Positions 9,817 to 23,253 of a stretch of 64,000 bases of DNA are shown one piece after another. The stretch covers positions 4,448,001 to 4,512,000 of the forward strand of contig CBDCNP010000002.1 of the NCBI GenBank assembly GCA_965219415.1, read 5' to 3'. The DNA is from Candidatus Marinacidobacterales bacterium (GTDB taxonomy: Bacteria; Acidobacteriota; Vicinamibacteria; Marinacidobacterales; DATDRI01). The first letter of the stretch is position 1. Every line of letters begins with the position of its first letter. Both the position numbers and the translations under genes were made by a program. The notes under the pieces are model-generated. The model made no database searches. It had not been told where the DNA came from and saw only the letters and a program-made list of their open reading frames with translations.

Positions 9817-11001
9817 AGGATGTCTGGCTGCTCTGGAGAGTCGAAGTACAGTTTCTGGCCAGGGCTCAGTTGCCGTGCTGTTCGCACGATCCTTCTGGAG
9901 TGGAGAGAGCGAACGTTCGACACGTCTGTAAATACCGGGGGCATTCAAGGGGTCCGGCTAGCCAGGTGACTTTCTCCCTGCCATGCTTGGGCATGACGAG
10001 AGCCCTCCGAGTTCGCCAGATCTACGACCATAGGCTGCGCGATGCCATCGCTGCGACGGGTAATGCGGACCTGTTCCGGAACGTTGCGATCCCGGCATCG
10101 ACGCGACGCACGTGAGCGCGTGGCGAGGTGCGGCCCGTGGTCGCTTCGGTGGACGTTGAGCTATCGGATTGCTGGCGCGGCTGTTGAAGCTTCGTGGGCC
10201 AGACGATTGTAAAGCCCACGGCCCTTGGCCCGGTCGCAAACACAGACACTAAGCTGCTGATTTATGGCCTATTTCAAAAGGGCTGAGTTCTGGCACAGGA
10301 CGGGGTAGATCTACGTCAGAGGGTTCACAGCCCTGACGTGGTGAATCAGCAGAAAACCCAGATGCGCGTCCGTCGCGGTTCCCGTCCTGTGCCAAAACTC
10401 GGCCCAGCCGGCATCGACGAAAGAACTGCGCCTCTCGAAATCAGGCTAAAATTCTAGCACGCGAACAGGTTACGCGGCGGCCGCCAACACTTGACTGCGG
10501 AAGCACCCATCGGTGCATCGGTTGCGTGACCTTCATCATTATTGTGGTCGGCACCCTGAGCATCAGCGGGGGAACCGTCCAGCGCAGCGGGCTTCTGGTC
10601 AGGCTCCATCGTTGTCCTCCGCCGTGATTCGGCCACGGGTGCTCCGCGATAGGCGGGGCGGACACGGACTCTATGCCGTCCTGTGCCAAAACTCGGCCCT
10701 TTTGAAAGACCATGGCTGTAATTTAATGCACCGTAAAGTCTCAGTGTCATTTTACCAACACTTAATGGCGGAAGCACCCATGAGGTCTGTGTGAGCGGCA
10801 GGGCTGCCCGATCGAACAACGGTTGCCTGACCAACAGTAGGAATTGCACATGGTACGTCATGATGGACCCGAAGATAACACCCTCGGGCCAGACGATTGT
10901 AAAGCCCACGGCCCTTGGCACCATCGCAAAACACAGACGCTAAGCTGCTGATTTATCGGCTATTTCAAGAGGGCCGAGTTTTGGCACAGGACGGGGTTAA
11001 A

Positions 11002-12048
11002 CTAACGCGGACCTATCTCGACGTTTCGGTAGACCGCACCCACGATCGATTCCCGTCGCTCCTGGATGCCGAGTTCCACGTAAAGCACTGCCGTTTTGTA
11101 GGCGCGTCTGTAATTGATGCGGATCACGCTCTGCCCTTGCAAAAAAACGCGGACCACATGACCATCGCCTTCTTTCCCCCATTCGAGCCGCCAGCGGTAC
11201 ACTGTGTTGGCGTTCCACTCAATGAAATTGAATCCTCGATCAGATTCTTCGCCGTTGGAGATCCAGCGGAGGCGAACGAACGGGGGATTATGCCGCCGGT
11301 CCAGCTTCTGTAGGTGCACCCGAAACGGGTTAGTGCGATACCGTCCCTCGGTCGGATCCCACATTCCTAACAGCATGAACTGATCCGGAGACGCGTTGAG
11401 TGGTTTGAGCCCCAAATTCTCCCACTCCACGAAGCCTTTCACCAAACTCGAGAGTTCGTAGCGGATGAAATCCTCGCTCCTGGTCACTTCCCACCCTCGA
11501 GGGGTGAACTTGCCACCACTCACCTGACCCAACGAGGTGCCGTTGGTGAGGGGGTCCACGATCTCCTCCGTCACCTCTGGCTCGGTTGGTGGCGGGGGCG
11601 GCGTGGCGTTCGGGTTTACGGTGAACCAAGAATTGCTGAACGGTCCCTCTCGATTCTCGAGATGTGCCTGAACCCTCCAATGATAGTCGCCTTCTGGAAG
11701 CGCCGACGGCACACGCCACTGGGCACGCCCATTTCCGCGCGGCTCGACCCTGCCCGAAGCTGCGATCAAACCGTCGAATCGGGAGTTTCGGGACACCTGA
11801 AACGTGTAGACCGCTCCCGGGGCATTGGTCGCGTCGCCAGCGATCAGGGTTGGGCGGATACCCACTTCCTCGCCGGCATCCGGCTTGTAAAGGGTCGGTG
11901 CGCCGAGGACGGGGCCCGGTTGATCGTCACCCGGAGGGGGATCACTGCCAATCGGGGTTTCGCCGCCCAAGCAGGACAACTGAAAGAGCAAAAGAACGAA
12001 AGGCGGGAAAACGTATTTCGGTTGCTGAAGTAAGAAACCTCGTTTCAT
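11002..12048 (-). CDS. Exported/lipoprotein with Fn3-like and Pro-rich segments
   Basis: Signal ..LLFQLSC, YTFQVS..F..YHWRVQA, PPPPP linker. Confidence 0.6.
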   Translation of the reverse strand: MKRGFLLQQPKYVFPPFVLLLFQLSCLGGETPIGSDPPPGDDQPGPVLGAPTLYKPDAGEEVGIRPTLIAGDATNAPGAVYTFQVSRNSRFDGLIAASGRVEPRGNGRAQWRVPSALPEGDYHWRVQAHLENREGPFSNSWFTVNPNATPPPPPTEPEVTEEIVDPLTNGTSLGQVSGGKFTPRGWEVTRSEDFIRYELSSLVKGFVEWENLGLKPLNASPDQFMLLGMWDPTEGRYRTNPFRVHLQKLDRRHNPPFVRLRWISNGEESDRGFNFIEWNANTVYRWRLEWGKEGDGHVVRVFLQGQSVIRINYRRAYKTAVLYVELGIQERRESIVGAVYRNVEIGPR

Positions 12049-12227
12049 GATCGACATCATCCGGCAAACGATGCGCGGCACGCGTGTATCTAGCGCCGAC
12101 AACCTGCTGGCCCTCCACCTGCTCGAATCTCCGAAGCTCGGTAAGCCCATCACCATCCTACATCACTGCACGCATGACGGTCGAGCCTTGCGCCTGCTGA
12201 CGCTAGTCGACGAATACACCAAGGAGT

Positions 12228-13197
12228 CGTGAGGTCAAAATACTCATGCGGCTTCCCGATGGTAGAAACGTAGTAACCCGCCAAGCCGTTCACGGGAGCG
12301 CACCTTGCGCTCGGACTGAGGTAACTGGTCGCTGGCTGGGAACAGCAGCAGATTCTCCTTGCCTTGATGATTCCTCTCGTGGTGATAGTAGACGACGTAC
12401 TCCCTAAGCGCATGACGGAGCGACTTCTCGCCGAACAGGATGAGCTTCGAGAGACATTCCTCTTTGACTGACTTCACCCAGCGCTCCGCGAACGAGTTCA
12501 AATCCGGGCTCCGTGCGGGCAGCTTGACGGGCGCGACGCCAACCGCCTCGATGGTCCGGTGGAACGACTCGCAGAACTTCGTGTCTCGGTCGTGAATGAG
12601 GTATCGGCTCGAGGACAGAAAGCCGACATCCGCCATGGTCACGTTGCGAGCCACTTGAGTCATCCAACTGTTCGTTCGGATGCGGCGTGATGCCGGCAAC
12701 GTGGACTCGACGGGTAGCCAGGTGTATGAAGAACAGAACGTAGTACGTCACCAACCCGCCCTGAGTCCACACTTCCGTGGTGAAAAAATCTGTTGCCGCG
12801 AGGACGTCCATGTGCGAGCGGATGAACTCCCTCCACGTCGTGGTCTTACGACGCTCTGGTGCGAGCGGAATGCCGTGGCGTTTCAGAATGTTACCGACGG
12901 TTTGATCGGCTACTTCATGCCCGAGGTTGGCTAGCGCCCCGGCAATCCGGTCGTAACCCCAGGATTTGTTCTCCTTGGCGAGACGCACCACCAGTTCTTC
13001 GATGTCGGCGTCGACCCGCGGTCGCCCTGGATACTGACGGTTCTTGGAGCCATCGAACTTCTTCGCGACAAGCCTCCGGTGCCAACCTAGGATCGTGTCG
13101 GGGTTCACGATACTCGCGACCTCATCAAGGGCTTGCTTACCCAGACGCTTTCCGAGCTCGGCCAGAGACCGCCGTTCGCCATCGGTCAGAGTCGGGG
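12228..13197 (-). pseudogene. rve/IS481-like transposase, 5'-truncated and frameshifted, with right end E
   Basis: WHRRLVAKK, GRPR, WGY.RI, DFFTTEV, DRD.KF, AERWV, GGLLRFYHREAA; tip CGTGAGGTCAAAATAC at 12228. Confidence 0.85.
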
Positions 13198-13199
13198 CA

Positions 13200-13397
13200 C
13201 CACGTCGAGGGGTTGATGTAGTACGACTGGCCATAGTGTTTCCGGATGTGGTCTACAAGCTTCTGCCCGTCGTCCGCATAACCGCCGTCCACAACGTATA
13301 TACAGTCGCCGCCGTTGTGGCGTCGGCGGACTGCGATGGCGTCTCCACTGCCGCTGTCCCCTGCCTCGATGAAGTCGATTTCGATGAAGTCCGTCAT
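13200..13397 (-). pseudogene. ComEC/MBL-fold hydrolase N-terminal fragment
   Basis: IEIDFIEAG..GDAIAV..VVDGG. Confidence 0.6.
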
Positions 13398-13713
13398 CTC
13401 AAGCGCTCTTGTTGCTCTTCTTGTTGCCCGAACGCGTACCCAGGGACGATCCCTTGCACGACATGACCTTGCCTTCGAAGTCGAGCGAGAGCGCTTCACC
13501 TTGCCACCACTCTCGGTCCACGCCATCGAGGGTGGCAGGTACGACGTGCACGAGGTCTCCAGCGCGATAGCCTTCGGACAGCGCGACTATTGCTGCTGTC
13601 CTACTCATCTCTTGAGGTCAAAATGTTGCGATTCGCGGTCGAGCAGGCATCCAAGTATGCCTCACCGCACGGCTTGATCTGCCAAAGGCACTGTGTCCAT
13701 CCCCGAGACCTGC

Positions 13714-14609
13714 TCAACTGGCCTCGAACGTAAACTGAACTCGATAGATGCCTACGCCCTGTGGTATCCCCCCACCAATCCACACCTCATAGCGCCCAGA
13801 GCGGTTGAGTTTCTTCTTCGTGCGCACGGTCCCTCTGCCCATGTCGCCTTCTATTTTTTTCCCGTCGGGAGCCACGACCGTTGTGTGGAGCAACGCGAGT
13901 CCGCGCTGTTTCTCGACGTTAATAATCAACTCACCTGGCTGCTCGATCTCAAGTAGGTAGCATCGTTGAAGGCACCGGCTGTGCTCTTGTCAAGCGTAGC
14001 GGGCATGAGCACATCACCTGCGCCCAAGCGCCCGGTCGTCGAGAAGCTGTGGCTTTCAATCATCTGGTGTTCGTCACTCTCACGATGGTTCGCGGAACTT
14101 TCTCTTCGGAGGAACTGCGCGTATTCCGTCCACCCACGGGCGCTCTCGATGTATCGGTTCCCGTCTCTCCATTGGTTTATGGCCGCTTGGTAGTCCTGGA
14201 TGGCAAGAGCGAACGCCAGCTTCACATCTGCCCATTCGTCGCCGGTCGACTTGATATAGCTTGTTACCGTAGGCATCGTTTCGACGAGCCTCTCGTTGAA
14301 CTGCTCCCGCAAGAGACCGATCTCAAGTGAAGCTTGAAACTCCTCGATTGCGGCGAAGGCGGATTTGAATTCTGTTGACTCACTCTCAACATCGTCACTG
14401 CCTTCTAGTTTGCCCGCGAAAGAAATGTACTTGACGTTGTCAGTCGGAATGCTGATTTTCTGCCCCGCGATCACAACGGAAACAGAGTCGTTGGTCGCCC
14501 CGCCGAACGTACCCTCAACCGAGTCTCCATCTTTCGTTGCGACAGAAACTTTCCGTTCTTGTGCTATGGCAATCCCTACCGTCGCGCCCAGGACGGCGAC
14601 GAAACACAT
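13714..14609 (-). CDS. Hypothetical exported protein (two overlapping ORFs, possibly one frameshifted gene)
   Basis: ORFs 13926-14609 and 13714-13929; signal peptide. Confidence 0.45.
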
Positions 14610-14993
14610 GAGTGTTTGACTACAGTGCAGAGTACTTTCCCCTCTCAGTGAGTGTGACACAGGTTTGGTTGAGCTTCCAATGCTACCTCGTCCTGTGCCA
14701 AAACTTGATCCACTGGTAACGTTACAAGCGACCAGTTGACGCGGCGTGGACGGTGGGGCCTGCAACAACCATTGAGCGGAGCTACCCTCCTTGGTCCGGT
14801 CGCAAACACAGATACTAAGCTGCTGATTTATAGTCTATTTCAAAAGGGCCGAGTTTTGGCACAGGACGGGGGGGCCATCAGGCCGTGGAAAACTTGACAG
14901 CAATGGCACCGCCCGCGTGGGCGGAGGTCATCGGGGAGTGACCGAAATTCGTTCGTTCACTCGAAAGTACCAAATAACTACTATCTCGTACGA

Positions 14994-15020
14994 TTAGCGC
15001 TCGGGTGTGTAGAGTGCTAA
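14994..15020 (+). promoter_or_regulatory. CIRCE operator (HrcA)
   Basis: TTAGCGCTC-N9-GAGTGCTAA, one mismatch to consensus, upstream of hsp20-groES-groEL. Confidence 0.92.
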
Positions 15021-15044
15021 TATGTCGAGGTTGATGAATTACAC

Positions 15045-15490
15045 ATGCCACTCGCCCATTGGGACCCCGTGCGTGAGCTTCTTGCGCTCCAAGAACGGAT
15101 GAACCGGCTAATCGATCAGACGCTGTCGCGCACGCGCTCCGAGGGGGAGTTCTCGACCACAGGGGCATGGTCCCCCGCCGTGGATCTCTACGAAGCCCAA
15201 AAGAGCCTCGTTCTCAAGGCCGAGCTCGCCGAAGTAGATCAAGACGACATCGAGCTTCACATCGACGACGATCGAGTGACGCTGTAAGGCAAGCGCCCGG
15301 TCAACGAAGCCATCAACGAGAAACGGTTCGTACGATGGAACGTTCCTACGGCCCGTTCCATCGTACGTTCGAGCTCCCGACGAGCATCGAAACGGACAGA
15401 GTAAAGGCCGATTTCAAGAAGGGCATTCTGGCGGTGATCATGCCGAAGAAGGCGAGCGAGAAAAGCCGTCAGATTCCCATCAGTAGTTGA
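15045..15490 (+). pseudogene. Hsp20 small heat-shock protein with internal stop and frameshift
   Basis: WSPAVDLYE..AEL, TAA at 15285-15287, ERSYGPFHRTFELP..FKKGIL in another frame. Confidence 0.85.
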
Positions 15491-15551
15491 CCGCCGTCGG
15501 GAGCTCGACCCCGCCGACAGGTCCTGAAAAACAAGGAGGAGTAATCGAGAG

Positions 15552-15842
15552 ATGAAGATCAAACCGATAAAGGACAACATTGTCGTGAAGCGGATCGAGG
15601 AGATAGACGAGAAGAAAGTCGGATCCATCATCATTCCCGACACGGCGAAGGAAAAGCCGATGACGGCCGAAGTCATAGCTATCGGATCGGGCCGGACTTT
15701 GAATGACGGAAAGAAGGTTGCGCTCGAGGTGAAGGTGGGCGACAGAGTGCTCATCGGCAAGTACTCGGGCTCGGAAGTGAAACTGAACGGAACTGAGTAC
15801 CTCATCCTCAAAGAGGACGAAGTACTCGGCATCGTGGAATAG
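15552..15842 (+). CDS. groES: Co-chaperonin GroES
   Basis: KPIKDNIVVK, IIIPDTAKEKP, KYSGSEVK. Confidence 0.97.
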   Translation: MKIKPIKDNIVVKRIEEIDEKKVGSIIIPDTAKEKPMTAEVIAIGSGRTLNDGKKVALEVKVGDRVLIGKYSGSEVKLNGTEYLILKEDEVLGIVE

Positions 15843-15858
15843 CTTGGAGGTATTGTAA

Positions 15859-17511
<1,653 letters not shown>

Positions 17512-17528
17512 GCTACACACTTCCCGAG

Positions 17529-17561
17529 AGCCCGGGTCGCTCACGCGGCCCGGGCTTTTTT
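17529..17561 (+). terminator. Rho-independent terminator
   Basis: AGCCCGGGTCGC/GCGGCCCGGGCT hairpin plus T run after groEL. Confidence 0.9.
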
Positions 17562-18067
17562 CGTTCCCGGTAGGGTCGAGGGCTGGCGCGGTGCTCCGTA
17601 GGCGCGGCCTATCTGTTTCTCCCCGTTTCCTGTGGGAGTTGTGCTCCGCGAAAAGTCGATCCAGCATCGATTGCGCGGTTTAGATCTGCCATGAGAGGGG
17701 AATACGGTGGCGGCGAAGACCGGACACATACCGGCGCGGGGCCGAGCTGGAGCGGGACAACCGGAAGATCGATGTCAACGTCGCGGTTAGCTATGCGCTC
17801 GACGAGCGGCTGGGGGTGTGGGTCCCCGTCGAGATGAGAGAGGCCTACGGCGACGGGCGACGACCGCTTGATGCACGGCCACCTATCACAACTACCGGCG
17901 TTTCGGTGTCGACGCCCGCGTGCTGACGCCCTGCGACTAGCTATCCCACCGGTGCTTGCGTTGTTTGCTGTTGGTGATGTGTACGTATCCCTTTGCAAAA
18001 AAAGCGCTTACGCTCCATTTACTGTGCGGCGAAGGTCGTGAGCGCTATTTTGGCTGTAATTTAATGC

Positions 18068-19527
18068 GGGGATGTCCCGCCGGATGTTGAATTTGGGGTA
18101 GCGGCGGCTCCTTGGCCGGCCTAAGAATAGGTCTGCCAAACAACCGTCTCCAGAGGGGGACAAGGAGCCACCAATGCCTAGGAAATCAAAGAAGCCAGTA
18201 AGAAAGCAAACGCACTCGCCTACGGGCAAGGTAGTTGGCCAAGTCGGTCAGATACTGCTACCGATGATAGCTGGGATCGCGGCCACGAAGGCGGAACTGA
18301 CGGAATGGGTGTACGAGCAAGGACTGACAGCTCTGCACCTACTGCTCAGAGAGGACGCCGAGGAGATCGCGGGGCTCAAGGGCAAGCACGAGAAGGAGCG
18401 AACTCATAACCACTGGGGGAGCACGAACGGAGAGCTGAGCTTCGGTGGTCGTCGCATCCAAGTGTCGCGACCTCGAGTTCGCTCGAAGTCGGGCGAGGAG
18501 GCGTCGCTTCCACACTTCGAAGCCTTCCGCGAAGAAGACCCGCTTCCAGAGCGAGCGTTGAATCAGATCTTGGTGGGGGTATCGACCCGAAATTACGAAT
18601 CGAGTCTGGACAAACCCGCGGCCAAGTTGAAGTCTCGTGGCACGAGTAAGAGTGCCGCCAGCCGTCACCTCGTGAGCCAGACGACTAAGAAGCTCGAGGA
18701 ATACCTGTCTCGGCGGCTAGAGGAGTTCGAGCTTGCGGCACTGATGCTGGATGGCCTTGAGGTGGCCGGACAGACCGTCGTCGTAACTCTAGGTATCACA
18801 ATAGATGGAACGAAGGTGCCCCTGGGTATATGGCTGGGCTCGACGGAGAACTCTCGGGTGTGCACCGCGATGTTGCAGGACCTTCTCGAGCGGGGCTTGC
18901 GCGTCGATGAGTCGATTCTCTGCGTAGTGGACGGAGGCAAAGGCATCCGCAAGGCACTCGTCGACGTTTTGGGGGACCTCGCGGTCATCCAAAGGTGCCA
19001 GATCCATAAACTCCGGAATCTTCGCTCGTACCTTCCCAAGTCTCGTCACGCCTACGTGCTCCAGACGATGAAGGAAGCCTACAAGTGCAAGAGTGCCGAC
19101 AAGGCGCGCAAGCGACTTCAGGCATTGGTGTCGTGGCTCGAGCGAAACGGCTACGACGAAGCTGCCGGAAGCCTTCGTGAAGGGATGGAAGAGACACTCA
19201 CGGTCGTGAAGCTCGCGCTGCCCGCCTTACTTCGCCAGTCTCTTGCCACGACGAACGCCATTGAGAATCTCAACGGAACCATTCGCAGAGTATCGAGAAA
19301 CCTCAAGCGTTGGAAGAGTCCTTCCATGGTTCGCCGATGGACCGCTCTTGGCGTCGTCACCGCGCAGAAAAAGTTCCGGCGTATCAAAGGCTATCGCCAT
19401 ATGGGCGCTCTCGTTCACGCGCTTAGAAGCAAACAGAAATCTCTTGACAGCGATGAGTTTGCTGCCTAAGAGTATTCACAGGTGCCGCCGCTACCCGACC
19501 AAATTCAACAGCGGCCGGGACATCCCC
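18068..19527 (+). mobile_element. Complete IS256-family element
   Basis: TIR GGGGATGTCCCG; 8-bp TSD TTTAATGC (18060-18067, 19528-19535). Confidence 0.93.
18174..19469 (+). CDS. IS256 family transposase
   Basis: GVSTR, LDG, DGGKG, QRCQIHK, TTNAIENLN. Confidence 0.95.
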   Translation: MPRKSKKPVRKQTHSPTGKVVGQVGQILLPMIAGIAATKAELTEWVYEQGLTALHLLLREDAEEIAGLKGKHEKERTHNHWGSTNGELSFGGRRIQVSRPRVRSKSGEEASLPHFEAFREEDPLPERALNQILVGVSTRNYESSLDKPAAKLKSRGTSKSAASRHLVSQTTKKLEEYLSRRLEEFELAALMLDGLEVAGQTVVVTLGITIDGTKVPLGIWLGSTENSRVCTAMLQDLLERGLRVDESILCVVDGGKGIRKALVDVLGDLAVIQRCQIHKLRNLRSYLPKSRHAYVLQTMKEAYKCKSADKARKRLQALVSWLERNGYDEAAGSLREGMEETLTVVKLALPALLRQSLATTNAIENLNGTIRRVSRNLKRWKSPSMVRRWTALGVVTAQKKFRRIKGYRHMGALVHALRSKQKSLDSDEFAA

Positions 19528-19606
19528 TTTAATGCAGCGTAAAGTCTTAGCGTCATCTCACCAACACTTAATAGCGGAAGCACCCATCACAGCAAAAGGG
19601 TCACTT

Positions 19607-20083
19607 TCAGCTCTTCTGGTCCTTCGTTTTCGATTCCGCGCGCGTAGGAACGACGGAGGGCTCGTAGGTTGAGTTATCAATGATGGATAACCCCAGGAGC
19701 TTCGCGCGTTCGATGATACGGACTCCGGTCTCTTGTCGTTCGGCGACCGCCCGGAACTCAACGGACAGCGCACGAAGAACTCCGCCCTTGATGTTCACAA
19801 GCGCAGCGTCGCCCTCGCGTGTTCGCAATATCTCCGCTTCCATCGAAAGCGCTTTGGAACTGTTGCGTAACGTCAAGCCCGCACCTGTTCGAGCCACGGG
19901 TCGGGAGCGGTCATGCTGGATGGTCAACGAGACATCGGCGCTGTAAACGTCGAAAGCATGAGGCTCAAACTTCTCCTCGCCCCAAGGCAATACGGCGACG
20001 ACGCCATAGGCCAAGACAACTCCCGAGATGCGGCGCCCGTCTTCTGCCTGGAGTTCGATCGCAAAACGCTGCTCAGATTTCAT
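19607..20083 (-). CDS. HK97-family phage prohead protease
   Basis: ISG...Y, E.F...AF, QHD..PVART, LSVEF. Confidence 0.7.
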   Translation of the reverse strand: MKSEQRFAIELQAEDGRRISGVVLAYGVVAVLPWGEEKFEPHAFDVYSADVSLTIQHDRSRPVARTGAGLTLRNSSKALSMEAEILRTREGDAALVNIKGGVLRALSVEFRAVAERQETGVRIIERAKLLGLSIIDNSTYEPSVVPTRAESKTKDQKS

Positions 20084-21049
20084 CTAGACGGTGCTTTCGT
20101 CATCAGGTGTTGTTAAGCGGCTGCCGGCATGGCAGGATGCCGGGAGAGACCGCGTCCTGTGCCAAAACTCGGCCCAGCCGGCATTGACGAAAGAACTGCG
20201 CCTCTCGAAATCAGGCTAAAATTCTAGCACGCGAACAGGTTACGCGGCGGCCGCCAACACTTGACTGCGGAAGCACCCATCGGTGCATCGGTTGCGTGAC
20301 CTTCATCATTATTGTGGTCGGCACCCTGAGCATCAGCGGGGGAACCGTCCAGCGCAGCGGGCTTCTGGTCAGGCTCCATCGTTGTCCTCCGCCGTGATTC
20401 GGCCACGGGTGCTCCGCGATAGGCGGGGCGGACACGGACTCTATGCAGTCGGACGCGGATGCCCGAACTCGTCTACTGGATGACCCGCCGCCAATAGCGC
20501 CTTCTGAATACTCCGCAGAACATCGGGTGCTTTCAGCATTTCGCTACTAAAGTGAGGATTGGAGGGGAGCACCAAGTCGCATACACGTCCATTTTTATCC
20601 AGTTTGTAGAATATGACAGTGGCTTGTCGGTGCTTCCGCCATTAAGTGTTGGTGAGATGACGCTAAGACTTTACGCTGCATTAAATTACAGCCAAAATAG
20701 AGCTCACGACCTTCGCCGCGCGCTAAATGGAGCGTAAGCGTGTTTTTTGCAAAGGGATACGTACATATCACCAACAGCAAACAGCGCAAGCACCGGACGG
20801 TGTTTCCCAGCGCGTACGGGGGAACCCGAATCGCCGCCTGCGGGGCGCACTCAAGAACCTCAAACACAGACACTAAGCTGCTGATTTATGGTCTATTTCA
20901 AAAGGGCCGAGTTTTGGCACAGGACGGGGAACCCGAATCGCCGACATCGCCTCCGACACACCCCAGAACTGGGGCTCGCCACAAGTCGATGACGATCGAA
21001 ACGGCCCGGCGCGCCAGTCTTGAGTTCGTTTGTGTTTTTGGACAGGACG

Positions 21050-21184
21050 GGGATCGGTGGTACAGCCAGACCGCGGCGTGGATGATGATTTCGGGCAGAA
21101 ATCGATATCCGCGGTAGCTCGGCGTGTCCCTTTTCATCCGCCCAGTCTGTCAGACGCCAGCCCCAATTTGACAGCAATGGCACC
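21050..21184 (-). pseudogene. IS6 family left end and transposase N-terminus
   Basis: SYRGYRF.PEII.HAAVWLYHR cut by D tip; end sequence plus about 60 bp flank repeated at about 14894-14971. Confidence 0.7.
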
Positions 21185-21439
21185 GCCCGCGTGGGCGGAG
21201 GTCATCGGGGAGTGACCGAAATCGTTCGTTCACTCGAAAGTACCCAGGTGCGTGGCGGCCGCCACGGTCGGATGACTTTCCGTGGCGTGCTGACGCGCGA
21301 TACTGCCGTGCCGCTCGCTGGTCCGACAGAAATCCTTTAGAGTATTTACGTAACGTCTACTGGGCGAGACTTCACGGGCCGGGATCTGTTGGGGCCGCAT
21401 CGCCTCCCGTAGACCACGCCATCGATCGGAGAACGACAC

Positions 21440-22855
21440 ATGTCAGAGCCGCGCGGCCATTGGAGTTCGAACACCGGCTTAATTCTCGCCGCGACCGGGA
21501 GCGCGATCGGCCTCGGCAACCTGTGGAAGTTTCCGTTCGTCACGTGGGAGAACAACGGCGGGGCCTTCGTCCTCGTGTACCTCGTGTGCATCGCCGCCGT
21601 GGGCCTGCCCATCATGATGGCCGAACTGCTGATCGGGCGAGCGACGCAGAAGAGCGTGGTCGGGGCGCTCAAGCAGGCCATCGGGCCGGCGTGGGGCATC
21701 GTTGGCCTCTGGGGCGTGCTCTGCGGCTTTCTGCTGCTCAGCTACTACACGGTGATTGCGGGCTGGTCGCTCTTCTACTTCGCCAAGTCCGCGGGCTGGT
21801 CGGTCGGTGGATTCCCGGCGGGCGCCTCGATGGGCGAGCTGTTCGGTGCGCAGGCGGCCAATGGCGGCCTGCAGCTTGGCTTGTCTCTCGGGTTCAGTAT
21901 CGCCACGGTCTCGGTCGTCTACTTCGGCGTCCAAAAGGGCATCGAGCGCATCGCGCGTGTCTTTCTGCCGATTCTCTTCGGGATCCTCGTCTTGCTGCTC
22001 GTCTCCGCCTTGGAGATGGCCGGGGCCGGTGAGGCGCTCCGCTTCATCTTCCTGCCGCGCTTCGGCGAGTTGGATGGGGGGAGCGTCCTCGAGGCGCTCG
22101 GCCACGCGTTCTTCACGCTCTCGCTCGGCATGGGCACGATGGTGACGTACGGCTCGTACATCGCAACGCATCAGTCGATCGTGAAAGCCTCGGCGATCAT
22201 CGTCGTGCTCGATACGCTGATCGCACTCGTGGCCACGGTGATCATGTTCTCGGTGATCTTCAGCGTGCCGGGTATGGATGAGCAGGTCAGCGGCACGGGC
22301 ACTGTGGGGATGCTCTTCATCTCGCTGCCGCAGCTGTTCTTCACCGAGGTCCCGTTCGGGGCATTCCTGGGGCCACTCTTCTACGTGCTGGTGGCCCTCG
22401 CGGCGCTCACCTCGACGATGTCGCTACTGGAAGTGGTCGCTGCCTACGTGATCGACGAACACCACATGCCGCGGGCCACGGCGACGCTGCTGTGTGGCGG
22501 TGCGGTGTTTGCCTTCACGGTCCTCGCCGCGTTGTCGTTCGGTGGTGTCGGCGCGATCACCGAGCTCCAACTCGGCGGCGCGCTCGGCCAGATGCTCTTC
22601 GGCGGCAAGGCGAGCTGGTTCGGCATGGTCGACCACTTCGTGTCGAACTGGATGCTCCCGACCGGGGGATTTGCGATCACGATCGCGGCGGGCTGGTTCC
22701 TGACGCGCAAGTACACCGAGCGGGAGCTCGTGGATGGCTCAGAACCCAGGTGGTTCAACTATGGAGCGTGGCGGTTCTTCATTCAGTTCGTGTCGCCGCT
22801 GGCCGTGGCGGCGATCATCATCGCGGTGCTGTTCTTCGGGGTGGACTTCAGCTAG
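21440..22855 (+). CDS. Sodium-dependent transporter (NSS/SNF family)
   Basis: GSAIGLGNLWKFP, GGAFVLVY, FFTLSLGMG, multiple TM helices. Confidence 0.95.
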   Translation: MSEPRGHWSSNTGLILAATGSAIGLGNLWKFPFVTWENNGGAFVLVYLVCIAAVGLPIMMAELLIGRATQKSVVGALKQAIGPAWGIVGLWGVLCGFLLLSYYTVIAGWSLFYFAKSAGWSVGGFPAGASMGELFGAQAANGGLQLGLSLGFSIATVSVVYFGVQKGIERIARVFLPILFGILVLLLVSALEMAGAGEALRFIFLPRFGELDGGSVLEALGHAFFTLSLGMGTMVTYGSYIATHQSIVKASAIIVVLDTLIALVATVIMFSVIFSVPGMDEQVSGTGTVGMLFISLPQLFFTEVPFGAFLGPLFYVLVALAALTSTMSLLEVVAAYVIDEHHMPRATATLLCGGAVFAFTVLAALSFGGVGAITELQLGGALGQMLFGGKASWFGMVDHFVSNWMLPTGGFAITIAAGWFLTRKYTERELVDGSEPRWFNYGAWRFFIQFVSPLAVAAIIIAVLFFGVDFS

Positions 22856-23253
22856 GGCTAGGCAACATCTGATTTTCCGGTATTGACCACGTTGGCCGCT
22901 GGCTGTTGTGATCCGCAAAAAAGAAAACCGGCCAGAAGCAGCCGACTATGGTAGGTCTAACCCGTCCTGTGCCAAAACTCGGCCCAGCCGGCATTGACGA
23001 AAGAACTGCGCCTCTCGAAATCAGGCTAAGACTCTAGCACGCGAACAGGTTACGCGGCGGTCGCCAAACACTTGACTGCGGAAGCACCCTAAATGGATCG
23101 TAAGCGCTTTTTTTGCAAAGGGATACGTACACATCACCAACAGCAAACAGCGCAAGCACCCAGTGGTCTGGGAAAGCCCCGGGCCGCGGCTCCACCCCTA
23201 CCCGGGGGCGTCCACTGGGACAACCCCGGAAGGGGACGAATACAATGTTTCCG

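Larger units (their letters stand above)
17951..19584. mobile_element. IS1-type C-C MITE (about 165 bp) split by IS256; other copies 20629-20794, 31243-32670 (split by IS3), 46970-47135, 57389-57554; partials near 10712-10778, 23089-23160, 39695-39807
   Basis: GGTGCTT...AAGCACC ends with conserved interior. Confidence 0.88.
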
